DNA of 64,000 nucleotides from Eledone cirrhosa (taxonomy: Eukaryota), in NCBI GenBank assembly GCA_964016885.1, contig CAXHJY010000462.1, positions 1 through 64,000 of the forward strand, read 5' to 3'. Below are positions 55,812 through 64,000 of this stretch, piece by piece. The notes beneath the pieces are model-generated. The model was given only the letters and a program-made list of their open reading frames with translations. It had not been told where the DNA came from and searched no databases. The translations under genes were made by a program, and so were the position numbers. Within the stretch, counting starts at the first letter, position 1. Each line of letters starts with the position of its first letter.

Positions 55812-56617
55812 ATTTACAAATATATATATATATATATACACACACACATATATATATATTTGTAAATATATGTATATATATTTATTTATATATACATATG
55901 CATTACATACATTTGTGCGTGTGTGTGTGTATGAATGTACGTGCGCAAATATGTTTGTATATATATATATTTACAGGATACATAAATTTGGTCTGACCTG
56001 TTAATTTGATTGAAATGAAAACAAACGAAAATCTGTTTACCAGCAAAATAACATTTAAACGTGTGCCAGAAAGCCAGAATATAAATCAAAAAAATAATTT
56101 CACAAATGAAAAATTGGTGATAAACCAGATTTTTGGAAAAAAGAAGAGACATATGAAAACAAAATTACAAAATTATAGAGTAATAAATATATTATTACTT
56201 CCCAATATGAGAGAATTAACACAGGCTCTTTAAAAAGTAAAATGCACGAAGAATACTTCGCCGAGGAAATTTAACATTATGTATTTACGCTTATTTGATT
56301 GTTATGAATAATGATGTATTACCCATGTTTTAATACCTATCATAAATAAAAACAAACTATTAATACACTCTCATATAAAGAAAAACACAATTTTTATATC
56401 TACTGTGTCATGTTTATGCATCTGTGTATAGTGTGTACATACGCATTCGAAATTAATTTGAAATTACATCTCTAAAGATTCAGTTTCAAATATTGTTGTA
56501 GATTGCAACTGCAGTACATGTTAGTTTATGTTAATATGATTTAATTTATACACTTTGTGGAATATTCAGAAACGTTTTAAAATAATGCCATCCATCTTTA
56601 TAATTAAGGCACACATT

Positions 56618-56791
56618 GCAGTATCGGTAGAGGGTCGGACGCCATGCTTTCCAGCATAGTTACGTCCCTTTATGATCTGAGTTCAAATCCCGCCGAGGTT
56701 GACTTTGCCTTTCATCCTTACAGGGTCGATAAAATAAAGTACCAGTAATGCACTGGGTAATTTGCTGGCCTTGTGCCTAAAGTAGAAACAA
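56618..56791 (+). mobile_element. tRNA-derived SINE with ~19-bp target-site duplication
   Basis: taattaaggcacacattgc at 56601-56619 and 56792-56810 flanks the SINE body. Confidence 0.92.
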
Positions 56792-57501
56792 TAATTAAGG
56801 CACACATTGCTTGACAATTGTATAGATACACTCATTCAGTAAAGCCATATCCGAATAACATATTATGGATTAACAGCCACTAAAAGTTGCAATATATACA
56901 GTACAAGGAAGATATATAGTAGGTTATCGCTTGATATAGTGGATAAAGACTTCTAAACAATTAAGTATGTATATGTGAGTACATTTTAAATTATGAATGT
57001 GGGGAAAGTATAAAGAAAATATACCTATTTTCTTTCCAAAGTCCCGGGCGTAATCACGGTGACAAGTTTGCAGCCGTCGTGCCTCCAAAAGTGCACCTGG
57101 ACTGTGAGGCTACTAGCTTTTCAAGAGACCCCTCAAGTGAATGGACTACTTATTGAACTGGCCGTTACTGTGAATAATTTTTGGGAGGGAGAAATTATTA
57201 CTTGGAATAGCGGGTCCAGAAGGAAGGTAAATGCTGGATGTTTGGAGAGTAACACCTTTGCCTATTTTACTCAATCATAAGGGAGTTGGGACAAATTAAA
57301 AATAAGATACACACAAAGACACATAAGTATAAATATATATGTGTGTATGGTGTCCGGCCTTGACCAGTGGTGATCAATAATAGATAGAATAAAAAATAAT
57401 CATTAAATCAGAGCGATCTATCAGATTGTAAATGTGAGGAGAGAATAGACAAAATATACATATTTTTTTAGCGAAGTACCGACTGCAATTTCGCCGACTT
57501 G

Positions 57502-57603
57502 GGTGTCTTGAAAAGCGGATAGCCTGACAATTCCCGGCGCACTTTTTGGTCATTCACCAAAGAGTGCGCCAGGACTGTCAGGCCATCCGATTTTCAAGAG
57601 ACC
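57502..57603. repeat. GC-rich ~49-bp-arm hairpin next to an HHR 3' half
   Basis: ggtgtcttgaaaagcggatagcctgacaattcccggcgcactttttggt / accaaagagtgcgccaggactgtcaggccatccgattttcaagagacc. The minus strand continues GAA ATTGCAGT C. Confidence 0.85.
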
Positions 57604-57762
57604 TCTCACATGAAATGTTCGTTACAACTGAAAAATTCCCGTGGGTAGGGAGCATTATGTATTATATATATATATATATATATCAAAAGCATGTATTAAT
57701 TTAGAAACTCAAAATAGTCTCATTACAGTAAATTAACTCTAGGTAAAAGATTTTTCCGAGCC

Positions 57763-58008
57763 GTATATAATCGAACAAAAAGAAAAAAAGAACACCGACA
57801 TATATATATATGTGTTCAAATCGTAATGGACCAAGGTGAAAAAAATACTAACTACAGACAATAGGGTTTGCTAGACTCAATTTAAGAATAAATTAAGAAG
57901 AATAAATACAAACCAGTATTGTGGTAACTACCATGGCGATTTTGGTCCTTACGATTCGAACATATATATATGTCTGTCTTCGTTTTTCTTTTTTGTTCGG
58001 TTATATAC
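57763..58008. repeat. Inverted repeat (~70-bp arms) around a pLTR-like sequence of the 30150 family
   Basis: Arms 57763-57834 / 57942-58008. The interior tgaaaaaaatactaa...ggtttgc...acaaacc resembles 30181-30310. Confidence 0.75.
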
Positions 58009-58073
58009 TCAAGAGCGTGAAACTAATAAACCTTTCTTCGTACTGACTCTCTGTTTTGTTCCAGTTCCATTTT

Positions 58074-58167
<94 letters not shown>

Positions 58168-58182
58168 ATATATATATATATA

Positions 58183-58251
<69 letters not shown>

Positions 58252-58269
58252 GTATATATATATATATAT

Positions 58270-58682
58270 GAAAAATATGGGGAGAAGAATACTGCATGGT
58301 TGCACATGGATTACATGTTATAAAATGAGTCCCTCATCAGTGATTTGCCAACGAACATTGGTATTTCGTCGCATTAACAATCATATACCTCACGTTGGTG
58401 CGACAATAACTAAAATAAGTTATTAGGACAATTGAAACGCCTAAAGCGAGTGAGACAAGTAAACAACACAGGGGAAAGCTAACCGAAGATGCAAAGAAAC
58501 ACAAGCAACATGGTTATTCTGATAAGCTGTGTGAATACAAGAGCGCATGCGAAATAGACCTTTCGTTAATGAATCCAATGGTAGAAAGAAGGAAAATGGT
58601 TTTCGTAGCGAACGGGAGGAAGTAACAAGGCGAGAAACAGAGAGTGAGTGAGTGGAAGTGCGAGGAAGTGGTCAGTAGAGAA
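58270..58682 (-). mobile_element. Diverged copy of the 27405-28080 repeat
   Basis: Minus strand contains ttggcaaatcactgatgagggac and catgtgcaaccatgcagtattcttct. Confidence 0.8.
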
Positions 58683-58686
58683 TATA

Positions 58687-58816
<130 letters not shown>

Positions 58817-58940
58817 GTATATATACATACATATATATATATACATGCATATATATATATATATACATACATACATATATATATATATATAATGGATATA
58901 TACATATATATATATATATGTATATATATATGTATATATG

Positions 58941-59018
<78 letters not shown>

Positions 59019-59177
59019 CATATATATACATATATATATATACATACAAACATACATATATATATATATATAAAAACATACATATATATATATACATACA
59101 TACATACATATATATTTATATATATATATATATATACATATATATAAATATACATATACATATATATATACATATAT

Positions 59178-59293
59178 AGTTTTAATATAGATGAGATTCT
59201 ACAGGACTAGAAATGTTTCATTCTTTAGAAATCATATGATTTCTAAAGAATGAAACAGTTCTAGTCCTGTAGAATCTCATCTATATTAAAACT
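59178..59293. repeat. 116-bp near-perfect palindrome centred at cat|atg (59235/59236)
   Basis: agttttaatatagatgagattctacaggactaga... / ...tctagtcctgtagaatctcatctatattaaaact, with one mismatch and no spacer. Confidence 0.95.
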
Positions 59294-59360
59294 TTTATAC
59301 TCTGCAATGTATTGAGTACCTTACTTACTGTGGTTACCTCCGATTCAACCCGGAATAACG

Positions 59361-59424
<64 letters not shown>

Positions 59425-59431
59425 CATATAC

Positions 59432-59500
<69 letters not shown>

Positions 59501-59507
59501 CATATAC

Positions 59508-59554
<47 letters not shown>

Positions 59555-59593
59555 TATACATATATATATATATATATACATATATATACATAT

Positions 59594-59729
<136 letters not shown>

Positions 59730-60138
59730 TTTCTGAATTTGTTTAGCAAGATTCTTTATCTGAAAACATGTGTTGAAACCGATATTGTTATACTTTGGGA
59801 GGGTCATGTTACCAATAAGAAACACACGCACCAGTCGCTTTCACTTCAATTTATTATAAATTAAATTTATAAATTTAGGAATTTATAAATTTCAGGTTGT
59901 TTGGACAGAACAAAGGAGAGGCACAAAAACAAAGAAAAGAAACCCCAGTCACTGAAGAGGTCACAGAATGTGTGACGAAAGAACTTTGACAATATATGAA
60001 CAATCATCTGCTTGTGGAACCAACCAACCAACGGGAAATTTATAAATTCCTAAATTTATGAATTTAATTTAAAATAAATTGAAGTGAAAGCAACTGGTGC
60101 GTGTGTTTCTTATTGGCAACATGACCCTCCCAATGTAT

Positions 60139-60146
<8 letters not shown>
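59730..60146 (+). mobile_element. Non-autonomous mini-PLE: inverted pLTR arms around an HHR
   Basis: Arms 59783-59892 / 60036-60145. Terminus atattgttata.ttt.ggagggtcat is homologous to the 42168-44765 element. Confidence 0.88.
59948..59990 (+). ncRNA. Minimal type I hammerhead ribozyme
   Basis: GTCA CTGAAGA G GTCACA-gaatg-TGTGAC GAA AG-aa-CT T TGAC. Stem I GTCA/TGAC and stem II 6 bp. Confidence 0.85.
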
Positions 60147-60179
<33 letters not shown>

Positions 60180-60181
<2 letters not shown>

Positions 60182-63100
60182 TTTTTTCACCTGGGAGTGA
60201 AGGGCCCCCTGTTGTTGTCACAACACATTTCCAGGAGAGGGAAACTCTAAAGAAAAACCCGCGGCTTTGGAAGCATCCGATGATGTTGACCAGTTCTCCT
60301 TTTCGAGTAGTTTTGTCGATGCTCAGAGAGTTGGATTGGTCGCGTGAAAGGCCTTTCCCCACTTAAAAAACCTTCAAACCACAGGCACGGCTTATTCAGG
60401 ATCTGTTACAGGTTCGTGTGGCTGGCCGTAGCATAAAACTGCACCAAAATCTATGATGACAGATGATAACCTTGAAGTCAATGGCAGTGAGGGCTCTGGA
60501 ACTTATTGTGAAGGGGTTTGGCCTGGCAGATGTCCCATGGTACAGCAGCGTCGGCCCGGTCGTCATCCTACAACTGCAAGAAGGTTCAAACCTCTGAATA
60601 TTGGATGTTGGAATGTAAGAACTTTACTGCATTCCCAGTCCAGTAAAACTCGCCCTGAAAGAAGATCTGCTTTGGTGTCGAGTTAACTCGATCGCTATAG
60701 CATGGACATCGTTGCTCTTTCAGTAACGAGATTGGCATGTGAGGGTCAATTCACAGAACAGAAGGAAGGATATACCTTCTATTGGAGTGGTGGAGCATGG
60801 GTCGCATTTGCAGTCAGGAATGGAATCGTCTCAAAGCTGGAAAATCTTCCTTGTGGATTCAATGATCTGATAATGTCCATGAGAGTCCCTCTGATTCAAA
60901 ACCACTTTGTGACTCTGGTCACTGTGTACGCTCCTACTATGTGTGCTAGTTATGATGAAAAACTAAGTTTCTACAGGTCTTTGAGAGATTTCATGCATGG
61001 TATACCTTATGCAGACAAGATTGTCATCGTTGATGATTTTAATGCACGTGGTGGTAATGACTGGGAAGCTTGGAGTGTGATGGCAAGCATGGAGTAGGTA
61101 AGTGCAATAATAATGGCCTACTACTGTTGCAGATGTGCACTGAGTGGATCTTGTTGTTGGGAACACGCACTTTCAGCAGAAAGACAAATATAAGACAACT
61201 TGGATGCATCCAGGTTCCAGAAGTGGCACCTTATTGACTTCGTTTTAACGAGAAAACGTGATATCAGGGATATCACATCGGTTCGTGTATTGCGAGGCAC
61301 GGAATGTTGGACTGATCATCGTCTGGTGCACGCCAAGTTTCAATTTGTTGTGAAGAAGGGGGATGAAGGTTGCACCTCCAAAACAACTAAACGGGGCTTG
61401 TCTGAAAACAGAGAAAGTCAGAGCTGAGCTATCGAGTTCCCTTGAGTCCATGGAATGTGAAACACTCGGGAATCATTGAAGAAAACCGTCTATGATGTTA
61501 GTGCTGGAGTTTTGGGCCATACCAATAGAAAGCATAAAGACTGGTTCGATGAAAATGATCCAGTGATCCAGACCTTGCTTGAAGAGAAACAAAAAGTGCT
61601 GACATCATTGTTGTGTTAGACACGTTCGGACGGGAGTGACCGGACCTTCAGGCAGATCAAGGCATGTGTGCAACATCGATTGAGAACCATGCAGGATACC
61701 TGGTGGAGCCAAAAGGCTAATGAAATCCAGAAGGCCTCAGATAGACATGATACAAAGCTCCTATACAGTCTGCTCAGGGAGGTGTATGGTCCGACCGGTT
61801 CACGAATATCACCACTTCGCTCCGGGGACGGCAAGGAATTGCTCAGAGATCCGGTGGCATGACCACTTTGATGAGCTTCTCAACAGACTATCAGAAATTG
61901 ATGATGAGTTCATCCGGTCGATTCCATCCAGACCTACAAAGTTGACAATGGCTGATCCTCCTTCATATGACGAGGTGGCGAAGGTCATTGCCAAATTAAA
62001 CAGCCGCAAGTCTCCGGGAATGGATGGACTGAGTGCCGAGAATTTCAAGTGTGCTGGTGATAATGGCACTTTACAAAGGAAAGGGAGCCAAAGATGACTG
62101 TGGCAACTACAGAGGTATTTCACTGCTATCTATGGCTGGGAAGATCTTGTGCAGGATATTGTTGGACAGATTGATACAGCACATTGCTGTTGAGGTACTT
62201 CCTTAGTCCCAATGTGGCTTTAGGAATGACAGAGGCAGTTGACATGATATTCTCGGCCAAACAACTTCAAGAGAAATGCATTGAGCAGCGCATGGACTTA
62301 TACAAAATTTTTGTCGATCTGACCAAGGCATTTGACAGCGTTAATCGGAAGGCTTTGTGGGTTATTTTGGAGAGATTGGGCTGTCCTGGAAAGTTTCTGA
62401 ACATTCTGAAACTCTTCCACGATTACATGCAGGCATGGGTGAATGTTGGAGGTAAACTATCTGAGCCAATCGCGATTGAAAATGGTGTCACCAGCTTTGT
62501 TTGCCTTGTATTTCGCGATGGTGTTCTTCAAGGCCTTCAAGAATTGTCAACACGGTATCTATCTCAGATATAGCACTTCCGGCAACCTGTTTAACCTTAG
62601 GCGTCTCACTGCCAACATTAAGGTACTGAGTACCTTGATCAGAGAAATGTTATATGCAGATGATTGTTATCTCTTTGTACACTCCTAGAGTGACATGCAA
62701 CACCTTATGGATTGTTTTTCCAATGCGTGCAGTGCTTTGGGACTGACAATCAGCCTGAAGAAGACTGTCGTCATGTACCAACATGCTCCGGATAAAGTTT
62801 TCAATGAACCCTCCATACACGTATACGGTCAAAAGGTGAAGGCTGCTGACACATTTGTGTATTTGGGGAGTACTCTGAGTGTGACCTGCTCTCTGGATGC
62901 AGAATTTGGTCTACGTGTTAGTAAGTCAAGTGAGTCATTTGGAAGGCGCAACGAGCGTCTTTGGTGCAGGCGAGGAATCACAATGAGGACCAAGGTGAGA
63001 GTGTATGCTGTATGTGTACTGTCAGCTTTGCTGTATGCATGTGAGACATGGGTTGCCTACAAACGGCATATCCACAGACTGGAACGGTTTCATCAGCAGT

Positions 63101-63810
63101 GTCTCAGAAAGATGCTCGGTATCAAGTGGCAGATGTATGTGAGTGATGTTGAGGTCCTTGAGAGAAGTGAGTGTCGGAGCATTGAGAGTATCACGCACCA
63201 ACGGCATTTGCGATGGACCGGACACCTCTGCAGAATAGAGGATGATCGAATCCCAAAGCAACTTGTGTACGGCAAGCTGTGTGGGGGTAAGAGACAACCT
63301 CACAAACCAAAGCTCCGATTCAAGGATTGTGTAAAGGGCTCATTAAAAAAAATTGGTTTTATGATGGCTGACTGGGAGATAGAAGCTCTTGAAAAAGAAA
63401 ATTGGCGTGGAATGGTGAATGATGGGGTCTCTAATTTTGAGGACAGACGCATAGAGCACGAGAAGATCAAACGGATGTGCGTAAGCAATACCCTGGTGTA
63501 TCTCTCGAAACGATCGTTGTCTCCATTGAATTGAAGTGTGCTGTGTGTGGAAAAATTTGCTTGAGCAAATCTAGTCTCAGGAGCCACAGTCACAGCCATG
63601 TTCAAAGAGAACCAGTGAACTATGATCTCCGGGGTGTTGTGAGGGTTCACGGGCAACCTGATGCAGGACCTCAAGCCAGGGAGATCCATAGTTGTCGTCA
63701 GTGTGTGAAGAAGTGCAAGTCTCAAGCAGGCTTGAAAAGCCATATTCGAGCGTCTCACATCTGAATCTGAAAAGCGATTGCAATACTCTTGGCAGAGTTT
63801 GCAGCCATCA

Positions 63811-63811
<1 letters not shown>
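60180..63811 (+). mobile_element. Near full-length degenerate RTE-clade LINE
   Basis: [85 protein letters not shown] and two C2H2 fingers. Ends gcagccatcatc before (TA)n. Confidence 0.95.
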
Positions 63812-63890
<79 letters not shown>

Positions 63891-64000
63891 CCATTGTCCT
63901 GTGTCACAACTTCTATCGGTATGTTTACTTCGTTTTTCCTCTTTTCCTTTTTTCTTCTTCCTCTCTCTTCACTATCGCTTCTTTTCCTCATGACATTTGG

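Overview
AT-rich, microsatellite-saturated eukaryotic intergenic or intronic DNA. The repeat content suggests a cephalopod such as Octopus (inference). No host protein-coding exon could be supported, and most ORFs in the track are artefacts of (TA)n/(CA)n/(GA)n repeats. The window is a retrotransposon graveyard: at least 5 Penelope-like element (PLE) coding fragments (one with an uninterrupted 636-aa RT+GIY-YIG ORF at 42344-44254), three L1/Tx1-like LINEs, two RTE LINEs, two CR1-like LINEs, a mariner, non-autonomous Helitrons and many tRNA-derived SINEs. Reading the non-coding DNA by eye shows about a dozen hammerhead ribozyme (HHR) motifs in PLE terminal repeats, including a complete type I HHR with a compensatory U3-A8 core (18123-18218). 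Most unusual is a recurring class of short non-coding fold-back elements whose symmetry axis falls in the HHR core or stem II, or whose inverted arms bracket an HHR (13.5, 30.35, 30.9, 57.5, 59.2 and 59.9 kb). There are also inverted duplications of DNA flanking (TA)n tracts (4.9-5.25 kb, 24.2 kb). All structures were paired manually, and no database search or folding computation was run.
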